This document shows, piece by piece, positions 30,761 to 40,851 of a stretch of DNA of 64,000 nt; the first letter of the stretch is position 1, and each line of letters opens with the position of its first letter. Made by a program: the position numbers and the translations under genes. This stretch comes from Candidatus Limnocylindria bacterium (lineage in GTDB: Bacteria; Chloroflexota; Limnocylindria; P2-11E), in NCBI GenBank assembly GCA_041486085.1, contig JBGPKU010000008.1, positions 2,806 to 66,805 on the forward strand. The letters are read 5' to 3'. The notes beneath the pieces were generated by a model that worked only from the letters and a program-made list of their open reading frames with translations, ran no database searches and had not been told where the DNA came from.

Positions 30761-33668
30761 GAAGCTTCGCGAGGTCGTCCTGCAGGAGCTGGATCTGGCG
30801 TCCGTACTCGGCGAAATCGCCGTTCTTCAACGCCAGCTGCGCGGCGTCGTAGTGCTGGCTCGCGGAACGCACCAGGTCCGCGATCGCCTGCGAGGGCGCG
30901 GGCGTCGGAGAGCCCGAGGGACGCGGGGTCGGGCTCGCGCCGACCGGTGGCGTCGGCGTGGGTGTCGGTGTCGGTGTGGGCGTCGGCGTCACTCCGGTGA
31001 AGAGCGCGTCGAGCGCCTTCGCGAAGGACTCGGCCATCACGACCTTGTCCTGCGTCGCGAGGATGATGCGCTGCAGCTCGGGGATCTTGCCCTGCGTCGC
31101 CTGGATGAAGAGCGGCTTGATGTAGATGAACGAGCTGCCCACGGGCAGGACGAGCAGGTTGCCGCGGATGCAGGTCGTTCCGCTGCCCGACGGGCACAGC
31201 AGCGTGAGCTGCTGGCGGATCGTGCTGTCGTTGTCGATGCGTCCCTCCACCTGCAGCGGACCGAAGATCGTGCGGTCCTTCGGGAATCGCAGCACCCGCA
31301 GCTTGCCGTAGTCGGGTGCGTCGGCGCGGCCCGCGATCCAGGCGACCATGTTGTCGCGCTCGCCACCGGCGGGCGTCATCGGGACGAAGAGGATGAACTC
31401 GCGGCGGTCGGCGTTCGGGAGGCGCGTCGTCACGTAGTACGGCTCCACCGGCTGCTTCTGCGAGCCCTGGAACTGAAGCTCGTTCGCGATGCGCCACGCG
31501 TCGACGCGGTTGTAGAACTCCTCGGCGTTGGTCATGTGGTACAGCGAGAAGACCTGCGTCTGCACGCTGAAGATGCCCTCGGGGTAGCGGATGTGCGCCT
31601 TGAGGCTCTCGGGCATCTCCGCGATCGACTTGAAGAGCTTCGGATAGATCGCGCGCAGGTTCCGAACGACCGGGTCGGTCTCGTCGGCGATGTAGTACTG
31701 GATCGATCCGTCGTACGCGTTCTGCACGACCTTGACGCTGTTGCGGATGTAGTTGAAAGCACCGCCGGCGATCGTCGAACCGCCGGCCTGCAGCGCGGCG
31801 TAGCGCTCGCTGTAGGGGTAGCGATCGCCGGTCGTGTACGCGTCGTTGATCCAGTAGAGCTGCCCGTCGGCGATGACGAGGTACGGGTCGGGGTCGTAGG
31901 ACAGGAACGGCGCGATGAGCTTCTCGCGCTCGACGATGGTGCGGTGGAACAGCACCCGGCTCTGGGAGGCGACCTGGTTCGTGAACAGCAGGTTCGTGTC
32001 GCCGAAGCGAAGTGAGAACAGGATGCGGTCCCAGAGCCCGCCGATCCCGACGCCGCCACCGCCGCTGAAGCGCGTCCGGGCATCGCTGCCCTCCTGCGCG
32101 TAGTCGAACTCATCCTGCAGCGAGTCGACGATCACGTAGTCGGTGGTGGACTCGCCGTAGTAGATGCGCGGCTGGTCGACCTTCGGCTCGCCCTGGACCG
32201 GGATGTCCTTGACCAGCATCTCGGGCCGACCTTCAGCCGCGACGCCGCCGACGGGCGTGACGACGGCGCCGTAGCCATGTGTGAAGACGAGATGGCGGTT
32301 CACCCACGTCGCCTGCGGGAGGCGCGAGGACGAGAGCTCACGCGCCGACAGCATCACCGGGAACTCACGTCCGCCGATCTGATAGCGGTCCACGTCCACG
32401 TCGTTGAAGGTGTAGTACTGCCGCAGCGCCTGAAGCGTGTCGAACGCCGAGAGCAGCGGACGGTAGTCCCACAGCCGGATCGCCTCGATGTCGGCGAGAT
32501 CGCGCCGTGCCTCCGCGGAGCTCGGCGTATCCGACACGTTGAAGAGCGACTCCTCCACGGTATCCAGGCGGTAGGCCGCGCGTGTGGCCTCGATGTTCCG
32601 CTCGAGGTACGGACGCTCGCGATTCAGCTGGTCCGGGGTCACGATGAAGTTCTGGACGAGCCCCGGATAGACGCCGAGCACGAGGATGCTCGCGACGAAC
32701 CACACCGCGATCGCGCCGGCGAGCACCCAGATCGTTCGCGCGAACGCGTTCGCGAAGCACGCCAGCGCGGCGATGCCGACGACGAACGCCAGGATCGTCA
32801 GCGCGGGGAGCCGCGCGTTGATGCTGGTGTAGCCCGCACCCGTGAGGACGCTCTCCTGGCGGAAGAGGAGGTCGTACTGGTCCAGGACGTAGCCGAACGC
32901 GATGAGCGCGAGGAAGATGCCGCCGAGCACCGACAGATGCGCACGCGCCGGGCGCGCGAGCGCGAGAGCGGTGCGGCCCGCCACGGCGATGTCGCCCCGT
33001 GCGATCGAATCGGTGGCCACGCCGATGATGCCGCGGAGCACGTACACGAGGACGACGCCGATCGCGATCACGAGGATCGCCGAGATCGCCCACCCGCGGA
33101 CGAAGTCGAGGACCGGCAGCGTGAAGAAGTAGAAGCCGATGTCCCTTCCGAACACGGGATCGTTGACCCCGAACGGCACGGCGTTCAGCCACCGGAGCAG
33201 CGAGTCCCACTCACCGCTCCCGGCGAGGCCGAAGAAGATCGCCGGGATGAGCAGCAGCCACATGTAGCGGAGCGTGCCCGCGAGCGCGGACGGCCGGGAC
33301 CGCTGCGCCTCGACCACGACGCGTGGCACCTGTGGGCGGAGCGTCAGGTACAGGTTCGGCAGCGCGATCACGAAGAACAGCAGGAAGAACGCGATGAACG
33401 CCCAGAAGCTGGCGGTGTAGCGGCGCAGGTACACGTCCTCGAGGCCAACGCTGCGGAACCACAGGAGGTCGGTGAGGAAGCCGACGAGCGGGCCGAAGAT
33501 CAGGGGTAGGAGCAGCAGCAGGATGATGAAGACGCTGATGCCGATGCCGCGGCGGGTCGAGGGTCGCGGCGTCCGGGGTAAGCGTGGCCCGCCGAGCTGG
33601 CGCAGGTCGAAGTTCGACCAGTCGATGTTCCCCCAGTCGGGACCGCCGTTGCCGCGCCTGCCGGCCAT
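30741..33668 (-). CDS. UPF0182 family large membrane protein
   Basis: 975 aa. It has an N-terminal multi-TM block (FLTDLLWFRSVGLEDVY...), a long soluble region, and a C-terminal (Thr-Pro)n linker TPTPTPTPTPTPTPP. The architecture matches UPF0182 as I recall it. Confidence 0.8.
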   Translation of the reverse strand: MAGRRGNGGPDWGNIDWSNFDLRQLGGPRLPRTPRPSTRRGIGISVFIILLLLLPLIFGPLVGFLTDLLWFRSVGLEDVYLRRYTASFWAFIAFFLLFFVIALPNLYLTLRPQVPRVVVEAQRSRPSALAGTLRYMWLLLIPAIFFGLAGSGEWDSLLRWLNAVPFGVNDPVFGRDIGFYFFTLPVLDFVRGWAISAILVIAIGVVLVYVLRGIIGVATDSIARGDIAVAGRTALALARPARAHLSVLGGIFLALIAFGYVLDQYDLLFRQESVLTGAGYTSINARLPALTILAFVVGIAALACFANAFARTIWVLAGAIAVWFVASILVLGVYPGLVQNFIVTPDQLNRERPYLERNIEATRAAYRLDTVEESLFNVSDTPSSAEARRDLADIEAIRLWDYRPLLSAFDTLQALRQYYTFNDVDVDRYQIGGREFPVMLSARELSSSRLPQATWVNRHLVFTHGYGAVVTPVGGVAAEGRPEMLVKDIPVQGEPKVDQPRIYYGESTTDYVIVDSLQDEFDYAQEGSDARTRFSGGGGVGIGGLWDRILFSLRFGDTNLLFTNQVASQSRVLFHRTIVEREKLIAPFLSYDPDPYLVIADGQLYWINDAYTTGDRYPYSERYAALQAGGSTIAGGAFNYIRNSVKVVQNAYDGSIQYYIADETDPVVRNLRAIYPKLFKSIAEMPESLKAHIRYPEGIFSVQTQVFSLYHMTNAEEFYNRVDAWRIANELQFQGSQKQPVEPYYVTTRLPNADRREFILFVPMTPAGGERDNMVAWIAGRADAPDYGKLRVLRFPKDRTIFGPLQVEGRIDNDSTIRQQLTLLCPSGSGTTCIRGNLLVLPVGSSFIYIKPLFIQATQGKIPELQRIILATQDKVVMAESFAKALDALFTGVTPTPTPTPTPTPTPPVGASPTPRPSGSPTPAPSQAIADLVRSASQHYDAAQLALKNGDFAEYGRQIQLLQDDLAKLRAATGQ

Positions 33669-33689
33669 TCCTCCTGAGTATGGGCCGGG

Positions 33690-33845
33690 CTACGCCGAGC
33701 GCACCGCGGGCCTCACCGCGCGCCGTCGCGCCTCCCCCAGCCGCCCGCGCAGGCTCGGATCGTCGGTCAGCATTCCTGCGCGCTCCTGTGCTACGCCGGC
33801 GAGCGCACCAGCTGAGCGCCGGTCGCTGCCTCGAGGTTGCGGGGC
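33690..33845 (-). pseudogene. Relic of a GT4 glycosyltransferase 3' end
   Basis: The minus-strand frame reads ..SAGALAGVAQERAGMLTDDPSLRGRLGEARRRAV..*, paralleling the C-terminus of the adjacent GT4 (AGAGLAFRDAAEFGEIVGMLTDDPSLRGRVGEAGRAFV). At the DNA level, 33731-33776 matches 34190-34235 at 42 of 46 positions. Confidence 0.55.
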
Positions 33846-34070
33846 TCAGCGCGGGAAGACTCTCGCGCGAATCCTTCCGGCACCGGCGAACGCGCCCGCG
33901 AGGTCGAGCAACTCAGGTCGCGTCCGCCGCCGCGCGCGCTGAACGCATCGCCTTCGCCAACGACCGGGCTCCTTACTTCAACGTGTTCCTTACGAGACAC
34001 GACGTAAGGCAGCGGCGCCAGGCCGGCAAGCGAGCCTCTGTCGAGTTAGACGCGACGTTTCGACTGTCGC

Positions 34071-35282
34071 TCACTCGGACGGACTGGGCTGCGTGCCTCG
34101 GTTACGAGTCCTGACTTCGGCCAGCAGATCGAGGTAGCTCTCGACGATGCGCGGCCAGGTGTAGGTCTTCCGCACGAAGGCGCGGCCCGCCTCCCCCACG
34201 CGCCCGCGCAGGCTCGGATCGTCGGTAAGCATCCCGACGATCTCGCCGAACTCTGCGGCGTCACGGAACGCGAGGCCTGCGCCGGCGCGGCGCGCCATGC
34301 CCCAGACGACCGGCGAGGACGCGTCGCAGATGACCGGCCGGCCGCAGGACCAGGCCTCCAGCGTGACCATCGACATCGACGAGAGCACCTCGGGCACCGC
34401 GAGCGCGACGCAGGCCTCGAGCGCGTCGTACTTGGCCTGCTCGTCGACGACCCCGAGGTGGACGACGTCCTTGCGCTTGGGGAGCGCCATCTCCGATTGG
34501 CCAATCAACACGAGCCGAATATCCCTGTCCGGCTCTGACCTGCGCCAGCGCTCCCAGTACGCGAACAATTCTCTGCAGCCCTTGCTCTCGACGATGCGGC
34601 CGATATAGAGGAGGAACGGCCCCTCGAGGTCGAACCGCTGGCGGAAGCGGTCGGCGCTGCGGTCGTCGGGCACCTCGACGCCGACCCCGAGGATCTCGTT
34701 CGGCACCCGCTGATTGCGGAAGCGCGCGTGGACCATCGCGCGCTCCTCCTCGGTGTTGAAGGCGATCGCGCGCGGCGCATGGAACACCGGTGCGTAGATC
34801 GAGAGCCGGATCGCGGGCTCGTCGTGCGCCGTCGGCACGAGCACCGCGCGCTCGGGGACGAGCGGCAGTCCGCGGACCGTCGGGTAGTAGATGTACGTGA
34901 AGAACAGCAGGTGATCGGCGTGGCGGCCGACGCGCCAAAGATGCTCGAGCAGGTCGGGGACGTACGGACCCTGCGCGTCCACGAACGTGCGCTCGTCCTC
35001 GAGCGTGTGGGCCTTCGCGTACGCGCGGCGCTCGTACAGCTTGAAGTCGTAGGCGCGCTGGCGCAGCACCGGGAAGCGCCGGACCGGCACGTCGTCGACC
35101 CACTCGATCCCGGCGGTGAAGGTGTTCTCCCAGGTGCGGTAGTCCGACGACGCCGTCGTCAACACCTCGATGTCGAGGTGCGGCCGCAGGCGCTTCACCA
35201 GCTCGCGCGCGTGCGCCTCCGCGCCGCCCGCGACGCCATCGCCATAGCGCTGCACGACGACCAACAACTTCGACCTGCTCAT
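34071..35282 (-). CDS. Glycosyltransferase family 4
   Basis: 403 aa with N-terminal LLVVVQRYGDGVAGGAEAHA and C-terminal GT-B motif region LAVPEVLSSMSMVTLEAWSCGRPVI. Confidence 0.85.
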   Translation of the reverse strand: MSRSKLLVVVQRYGDGVAGGAEAHARELVKRLRPHLDIEVLTTASSDYRTWENTFTAGIEWVDDVPVRRFPVLRQRAYDFKLYERRAYAKAHTLEDERTFVDAQGPYVPDLLEHLWRVGRHADHLLFFTYIYYPTVRGLPLVPERAVLVPTAHDEPAIRLSIYAPVFHAPRAIAFNTEEERAMVHARFRNQRVPNEILGVGVEVPDDRSADRFRQRFDLEGPFLLYIGRIVESKGCRELFAYWERWRRSEPDRDIRLVLIGQSEMALPKRKDVVHLGVVDEQAKYDALEACVALAVPEVLSSMSMVTLEAWSCGRPVICDASSPVVWGMARRAGAGLAFRDAAEFGEIVGMLTDDPSLRGRVGEAGRAFVRKTYTWPRIVESYLDLLAEVRTRNRGTQPSPSE

Positions 35283-35328
35283 ACCGAAGCACCGGCGCGC
35301 GCGCGGTCCCCGTTAGGCGAAGCGAGCC

Positions 35329-36474
35329 TCACGCCGCCGCCAGCGCCACGAGGCGATCGAGGCGGTCGTCGAATGCGTGCCACGAGCATTCCTCGCGCAC
35401 CCAGGCCCGGCCGCGCCCCCCCATGACCTGCCCGCCCGCGAGCAGCGTGGCGAGCGCGTCGGAGAAGCTCTCGCGGTCGTAGGCGATGCCGCCACCCGAC
35501 CGGCCCACCTGGCCGGCGGTGACGGCGTTCGACCGTGGCACGAGGACGGGTGTGCCGACCTGCCAGGCCTCCAGGAGGACGATGCCCAGGCTCTCGAAGC
35601 GCGACGGCAGCACGAGCGCGTCGGCCGCGGCAAGGAGCGACCACTTCTCCGCATCGTTCACGCGACCGAGCGGCACGACGTCCTCGCGCGCGGGAACCGC
35701 CATCCGCGCCGTTCCGGCGAGGGCCAGCGTGCCGCGCCCGCCACTCGCGCGATAGGCGTCCCAGAGGACGAGGAGGTCGTCGACACCCTTCCCTTCGCTC
35801 ACCTGACCGAGGTACGCCACCAGCGGCCCGTCGGCGAAACGCGCACGGTATCCCTCGTCGAAGTCCGGTGCCGGATCCATCCCGATGCCCAGGAGCTCGC
35901 TCGGGATGTGCCCGTTGCGGAACCGCGTCTGGACGAGGTCGCGCTCCTCCGGCGTGAGGAAGCCGAACGCGCGCGGCAGCTGGAAGAGCGCGCGGTACGG
36001 CGCGAGGCCGAGCGCCGCTTCGTCGTGCGCGGTGGAGATGAGCGCCGCACGCTCAGGCACGATCGGCAGCCCCGCCGCCGTCGGCTCGTAGATGTACGTG
36101 TAGAAGAGGACGGCGTCGTACTCGCGGCCGTGGTCGTGGACGAAGTCGAGCAGCGCCGGCGTGTGCGGCCCTTGCGCCGCGAGCCAGGTCTGCTCGTCGG
36201 CGAGAGTGTGCGGCTCCATCAGTACGTGCTTCTCGAGCGTCTTGAAGTCCTCGCGCCGGCCCATCGCGACCGGGAAGCGGTGCACCGGCAGGCCATCGAT
36301 CGTCTCCAGGCCGGCCGGGAAGTGATTGGCCCAGGTCCAGTAGTCGAGCGCGGTCGTCGTGGCGACCTCGACCGTGTGGCGGCGCGCGAGCCGGATCGCG
36401 GCGGTGCGCGCGTGCCCCTCGGAGCCGCCGACCACCTCCGGCCCGTACCGCTGGACCACGACGAGGACCCTCAT
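35329..36474 (-). CDS. Glycosyltransferase family 4
   Basis: ATG 36474 (MRVLVVVQRYGPEVVGGSEGHA) overlaps the upstream stop as ATGA. LVLPSRFESLGIVLLEAWQVGTPVLV. It is a paralogue of the 34071-35282 product. Confidence 0.85.
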   Translation of the reverse strand: MRVLVVVQRYGPEVVGGSEGHARTAAIRLARRHTVEVATTTALDYWTWANHFPAGLETIDGLPVHRFPVAMGRREDFKTLEKHVLMEPHTLADEQTWLAAQGPHTPALLDFVHDHGREYDAVLFYTYIYEPTAAGLPIVPERAALISTAHDEAALGLAPYRALFQLPRAFGFLTPEERDLVQTRFRNGHIPSELLGIGMDPAPDFDEGYRARFADGPLVAYLGQVSEGKGVDDLLVLWDAYRASGGRGTLALAGTARMAVPAREDVVPLGRVNDAEKWSLLAAADALVLPSRFESLGIVLLEAWQVGTPVLVPRSNAVTAGQVGRSGGGIAYDRESFSDALATLLAGGQVMGGRGRAWVREECSWHAFDDRLDRLVALAAA

Positions 36475-38681
36475 CGCTTCGCGCTGATGCCCGCGATGTA
36501 CCGCTCGGCGTTGCGCTCGGGCGAGAGCAGCCGCCGGAGGATCCCGACGCTGCGCACGATGCGCGCGTGGGTGTCGGGTTTGCGGATCTCGCGCATCGCG
36601 TCCGCGAGCTCGCCGGTGTCGCGCGCCACCAGGCCGGCGCCGTGGTACGGCGCGAAGCCCTCGGCGTCCGAGAAGATGCACGGAAGGCCCGCCCAGACCG
36701 CCTGGGTCACCACCGCGCTCTGGAAGACGTCCTCGTAGTACAGGACCACGCAGTCCGATGCCGCGACGTGGTCGCCCATCGTGTCGTAGTCCGTGTTCAC
36801 GATGACGTTCGTCCTGCCGCGCGCGACGTCCATGACCTCGTCGAAATAGCGCGGCTCCCAATCCGAGCGCGTGCCCGACAGCACGAGCACTGCGTCGTCG
36901 GGGAGGGCGCGGATCACCTCCTTGTAGCGCTTGCGGGCGAAGAAGAATCCGGGTGACACGAAGACGAACTTGTCCTCCGGCAGGCCGAGCCGCTTGCGCA
37001 GCGCGCGCTTCTCGCTCGCATCCTTCGGCAGGTCGGTGTCCTCGAGCGGCATCACGACGAGCGGGAACTCGTCGCGCTTGTCCTCGTGGCGCGTGAGCAG
37101 CTCGAGCCAACGCGCGGAGCGGCGGCTGTGCACGATCAGACGCTCCGGGAACGCCCCCATGAGCGCGAGCACCGTGCGGTAGCGGATGAACCAGTCCGAC
37201 ATCCGCAGCGCGACCCAGGGCATCCGCAGCAGCTCGAGCAGGCCTCCATACCGCGGCCGGTAATGGAGCGCGTGCGACAGCCGGCGGTAGTGATGGAACT
37301 TCTCCGGCTCGAGCTCGTGCATCGACAGCACGAGCGGGAAGCCGCGCCGCCGCAGATCGAACAGCGCGCGTATGAACGGAACGTCGCGAAAGATCCCGGC
37401 TTCGTGCTCGATGAGGATGGTCTCGACGTCGTCCCGGATGTACTTGATCTTCTTGTGGAGATCCTCGGTGTCGAGGTGACGGACGCCCATGAACGTGACG
37501 TGGTGGCCGCGCGCGCGCAGCCCGCCGCACACCGCCAACGAGTAGTGATGGATGCCGCAGCGCTGGTCGCTCGAGAGCACGACCACCTTGCGCTTGCGCT
37601 CGTCGGGCAGCTCGTAGCCGCCGAGCGCGAGCGCGGCCACCAGCCGCTCGCGCACGCGCTCGCGCGAGAAATCCTGGAGTCGCCGCTCGCCGCGTTCGAC
37701 GAGATCCTCGCGCGTCTTCGGCTCGCGCACCGCCCGCTCCAGCGCGGCGGCCACGCGGTCCGGTGACTTGTCGTCGAGCAGGATGCCGGCGTCGCCGAGC
37801 GTCTCGGGGATCGCGCCGGCGGCGTTCGCGACGATCGGCAGCCGCGAGCGCATCGCCTCGATCAGCGGCACGCAGAAGCCCTCGTGATCGGAGAGCGTGA
37901 GCAAGGCCGTCGCGCCGCGGTAGTACGCGACCAGCTGCTCGATGCTCACGCTGCCGGTGAAGTGCACGGCGTCGCCCAGGCCGGCGTCGTCCACCTGGCG
38001 GTTGAGCCGATCGAGGTAGGACGCCGACATCGCGGTCGACCCGACGAGGTACAGCTGCGCGCCGCGGTCGCCCTCGCGGTAGCGCGCGAACCCCGCGATC
38101 ACGTCGTGGATGGCCTTCTGCGGCAGGATCTGGCCGACGACCAGGATCGCCGTCCGTTCATCGGACAGCGTCCGAAGGACACGCGGGTCCGGCGCGACAT
38201 CGAAGGCCTCCCAGTCGTAGAGGATCGGCACGACCGCCGTCTTCGCGACGCCCGCGGCCTCGAGCTCCTGCCGGTTGAACTCGCTGTCGGCGAAGCCGAA
38301 CTCCGCGACCTTGGCGAGCTCCTTCAGCTGCTCGCGCCCGAGCTCGGTGTAGCGCTTGGCGTGCTCGTTCAGTCCCGCGAAGTACGAGCCCGGCGTGATG
38401 TTGTGGTAGACGATCGCCTTGCGCTGCGGGAGCTTCGCGACCTCGCCGATGACGTCGTTGCCCATCGAGTGGTGGATGAGGAGGAGCGCGTCGCTCGGGA
38501 GCCGCTCGAGATCGCGCCAGTCGCGCACCAGTGCCTTCACCTCGGGCTTGGCCTCCCAGGCGAAGAGATCGCTGCGCACATCGGAGGCCCAGAACATCCG
38601 TTGCAGCTCGAACGCGTCGTTGCCGATGGCATCGCCGTAGGCGATGACCGGATGGAACTGGTGCACCGTGCGCAGCCTCAT
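36471..38681 (-). CDS. Bi-domain glycosyltransferase (N-terminal GT4 module plus a second GT-B-like module)
   Basis: 736 aa. The first half carries LLTLSDHEGFCVPLIEAMRSRLPIVA. The second half has a second Rossmann-like module (KVVVLSSDQRCGIHHYS...VLYYEDVFQSAVVTQAVWAGLPCIFS). Confidence 0.8.
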   Translation of the reverse strand: MRLRTVHQFHPVIAYGDAIGNDAFELQRMFWASDVRSDLFAWEAKPEVKALVRDWRDLERLPSDALLLIHHSMGNDVIGEVAKLPQRKAIVYHNITPGSYFAGLNEHAKRYTELGREQLKELAKVAEFGFADSEFNRQELEAAGVAKTAVVPILYDWEAFDVAPDPRVLRTLSDERTAILVVGQILPQKAIHDVIAGFARYREGDRGAQLYLVGSTAMSASYLDRLNRQVDDAGLGDAVHFTGSVSIEQLVAYYRGATALLTLSDHEGFCVPLIEAMRSRLPIVANAAGAIPETLGDAGILLDDKSPDRVAAALERAVREPKTREDLVERGERRLQDFSRERVRERLVAALALGGYELPDERKRKVVVLSSDQRCGIHHYSLAVCGGLRARGHHVTFMGVRHLDTEDLHKKIKYIRDDVETILIEHEAGIFRDVPFIRALFDLRRRGFPLVLSMHELEPEKFHHYRRLSHALHYRPRYGGLLELLRMPWVALRMSDWFIRYRTVLALMGAFPERLIVHSRRSARWLELLTRHEDKRDEFPLVVMPLEDTDLPKDASEKRALRKRLGLPEDKFVFVSPGFFFARKRYKEVIRALPDDAVLVLSGTRSDWEPRYFDEVMDVARGRTNVIVNTDYDTMGDHVAASDCVVLYYEDVFQSAVVTQAVWAGLPCIFSDAEGFAPYHGAGLVARDTGELADAMREIRKPDTHARIVRSVGILRRLLSPERNAERYIAGISAKR

Positions 38682-38697
38682 CGTGAACGAGCAGCAG

Positions 38698-39759
38698 TCA
38701 CAGCCCGAGCACGGCCTTCGTCTTCGTTGCGACGCGCTCGGGATCGAATGCCTTCACGCGCGCGTGCCCCGCGTCGATGAGCGCCGCGCGCCACCCGAGG
38801 TCCTCGTTCACGATGGCGCACGCCTCGGCCGCCTGTGCGAGGTCCTTCTCCGGCAGCAGCACACCGGCGCCACCGACCGTCTCGCCCACCGCGGCCGCAG
38901 CGAGCGCCACGACGGGCGCGCCGAGCTGCATCGCCTCGAGCAGCGGCACGCCGAACCCCTCGTGCTCGGAGAGCGAGATGAAGCACGACGCGGCGCGGTA
39001 GTAGGCGACCAGCTGCGGGAGGGACACCGCCCCCGTGAAGCGCACCGCGGCGCCAAGGCCGAGGGAGTCCGCGAGGGCGCGCAGGCGGGTGAAGTATTGC
39101 GGCTGGTCGCGGTGCGAGCCGACGAGGACGAGCAGCGCCTCCGGATCGATGCAGCGGCGGTAGTACGCGAGCATGCGGATGAGCTCGTCCTGGCGTTTGT
39201 GCGGCGAAACGCGACCGACGAACAGGAGCTTGGTATGGATTCCCGCGAGGAGCGCGCGCACCTCGGGGTCCGGCTCCGTGCTGTAGCGCGACCAGTCGAT
39301 GAGGATCGGCACGGCCGCGGTCCGCTCGTAACCGGCGGCCTCGAGGTCTCGCCGGTTGAACTCGGACACGCCGACCGCGAGGTCGATGGACGGCGCGAGC
39401 CGCGCGAGCTGCCGGACGCCGAGACGCGCGTGCGCGGCGGCGTGCGGGTTGATGCCGACGAAGAACTCCGCAGGCGTCACGTTGTGATACACGAGCACGC
39501 GCCTGGCCGGAAGCTTGGTGAGCTCGTCGAAGACCTCATGGCCCATCGAGAAGTGGAGGACGAGCGTGTCGTCGGGGCGGATCCGGCGGAACAGCTCGCG
39601 ATAGCCGTGGCCCTCGTTCTCGAGCCCCGGCTTCAGCTCGACCGCGTAGGCCTCCGACTCGTAGCCCCAGCCGCGAAAGCGCTCGCGCAGCGCGAAGACG
39701 TGATCCGACATCGCATCGCCGGGCGCGAGGACGGGATGGAACTGATGGACCGCGGTCAT
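38698..39759 (-). CDS. Glycosyltransferase family 4
   Basis: 353 aa with FISLSEHEGFGVPLLEAMQLGAPVVA. It resembles the N-terminal module of the 736-aa product. ATGA overlap with the upstream methyltransferase. Confidence 0.85.
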   Translation of the reverse strand: MTAVHQFHPVLAPGDAMSDHVFALRERFRGWGYESEAYAVELKPGLENEGHGYRELFRRIRPDDTLVLHFSMGHEVFDELTKLPARRVLVYHNVTPAEFFVGINPHAAAHARLGVRQLARLAPSIDLAVGVSEFNRRDLEAAGYERTAAVPILIDWSRYSTEPDPEVRALLAGIHTKLLFVGRVSPHKRQDELIRMLAYYRRCIDPEALLVLVGSHRDQPQYFTRLRALADSLGLGAAVRFTGAVSLPQLVAYYRAASCFISLSEHEGFGVPLLEAMQLGAPVVALAAAAVGETVGGAGVLLPEKDLAQAAEACAIVNEDLGWRAALIDAGHARVKAFDPERVATKTKAVLGL

Positions 39760-40844
39760 GCGTCCGGCTGGAAACCGACCACCGCGTAGTCACGATCGCC
39801 GAACAGCGTCTGGTTCAGGAGCTGCGCATTCTGTTTCTCGCGCGTGTCGGTGAAGTCCTCATACAGGTGCTGCTCCGATGGCTGGAACGTGCGGACGGCG
39901 ACGCCGGTGAAGCCCTCCACCTCGAGGTAGAAACGGAACAGATCCGGTGGGATCGGCCGCAGGTGGCTGGGGTCCATCCAGAACGTGTGTGCACCGACGC
40001 TGAGGTTGGAGACGTTCGGCGTGACGAAGACGACCGGCGAGCCGGGCTGCAGCGCTCGGCGCAGCGCGCGCAGCATCGCGACGAGATCGCCGGGCAGCAC
40101 ATGTTCCGCGACGTGGCGCGCGTACACACCGTCGACCGACTTCGCCGGCAGGCTCTCGAGATGCGCGAGCGCGTCCTGCTCGAACGCCTCGAGTCCGCGC
40201 TCGCGCGCCTGCGCGACCATGCGCGTGTCCACATCGACGCCATACCCGCCGATGCCGCGCTCGCGAAGCAGGTCGAGGAAGATCCCCCGGCCGCATCCGA
40301 GGTCGACCACGCGCTTGCGGCCCGCGAAGTGGTCGAGGAACGATTCGGACTGCTCTCGGATCACGGGCTCGTCGCCGCCGAACCGCGCCTGGAAGTAGAC
40401 GGAGTGGAGGTTCGCGGCGACCTCGTGCTCGCGCCACTGCTGCCACTCGCGCTCCAGGCGCGCGAGTCGGTCGCCGAAGCGCGGCGCGAGGCGTCCCTCC
40501 ACGTCGTAGGTCGCGGCGAGGAGCCGGTTGACGCGCTCCTGACGGTCGACGACCGCCGCCATCCACCAGCGCAGCAGGCTGATGAGCGTGCGGCGCGCGA
40601 ACGTGATGAATGGCCCGACGACACGCTTGTGGCTGGTGGGGTCGTAGACGATGTCGTCGTCGAACGCTTCGGCGAGGGCGCCGATCGGGTCCTTCATGTC
40701 GTCGGCGAGGAGGCGGCGGCCACCGGGGAGCTCGGTCCGCAGCAACGCCTCGACATCGGGGCCGTAGATGCCTCGCTCGCGCTTGCGCCGGACGCGCTCG
40801 CGCACCTCGCCGAGGAGCGCGTCGAGATCGAGCGCTTCGGTCAT
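39756..40844 (-). CDS. Class I SAM-dependent methyltransferase with a helical N-terminal extension of about 170 aa
   Basis: SAM motif I VVDLGCGRGIFLDLL in the C-terminal half. The N-terminal half is charged and helical. Confidence 0.8.
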   Translation of the reverse strand: MTEALDLDALLGEVRERVRRKRERGIYGPDVEALLRTELPGGRRLLADDMKDPIGALAEAFDDDIVYDPTSHKRVVGPFITFARRTLISLLRWWMAAVVDRQERVNRLLAATYDVEGRLAPRFGDRLARLEREWQQWREHEVAANLHSVYFQARFGGDEPVIREQSESFLDHFAGRKRVVDLGCGRGIFLDLLRERGIGGYGVDVDTRMVAQARERGLEAFEQDALAHLESLPAKSVDGVYARHVAEHVLPGDLVAMLRALRRALQPGSPVVFVTPNVSNLSVGAHTFWMDPSHLRPIPPDLFRFYLEVEGFTGVAVRTFQPSEQHLYEDFTDTREKQNAQLLNQTLFGDRDYAVVGFQPDA

Positions 40845-40851
40845 CGCGGTC

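Noticed and set aside
30900-30995. The (Thr-Pro)n-encoding low-complexity DNA near the UPF0182 3' end, considered as a possible independent repeat element.
   Set aside because: It is in frame within UPF0182 as a linker (TPTPTPTPTPTPTPP...PSGSPTPAPS). The repeat is imperfect at the DNA level, and nothing suggests a function beyond a flexible linker.
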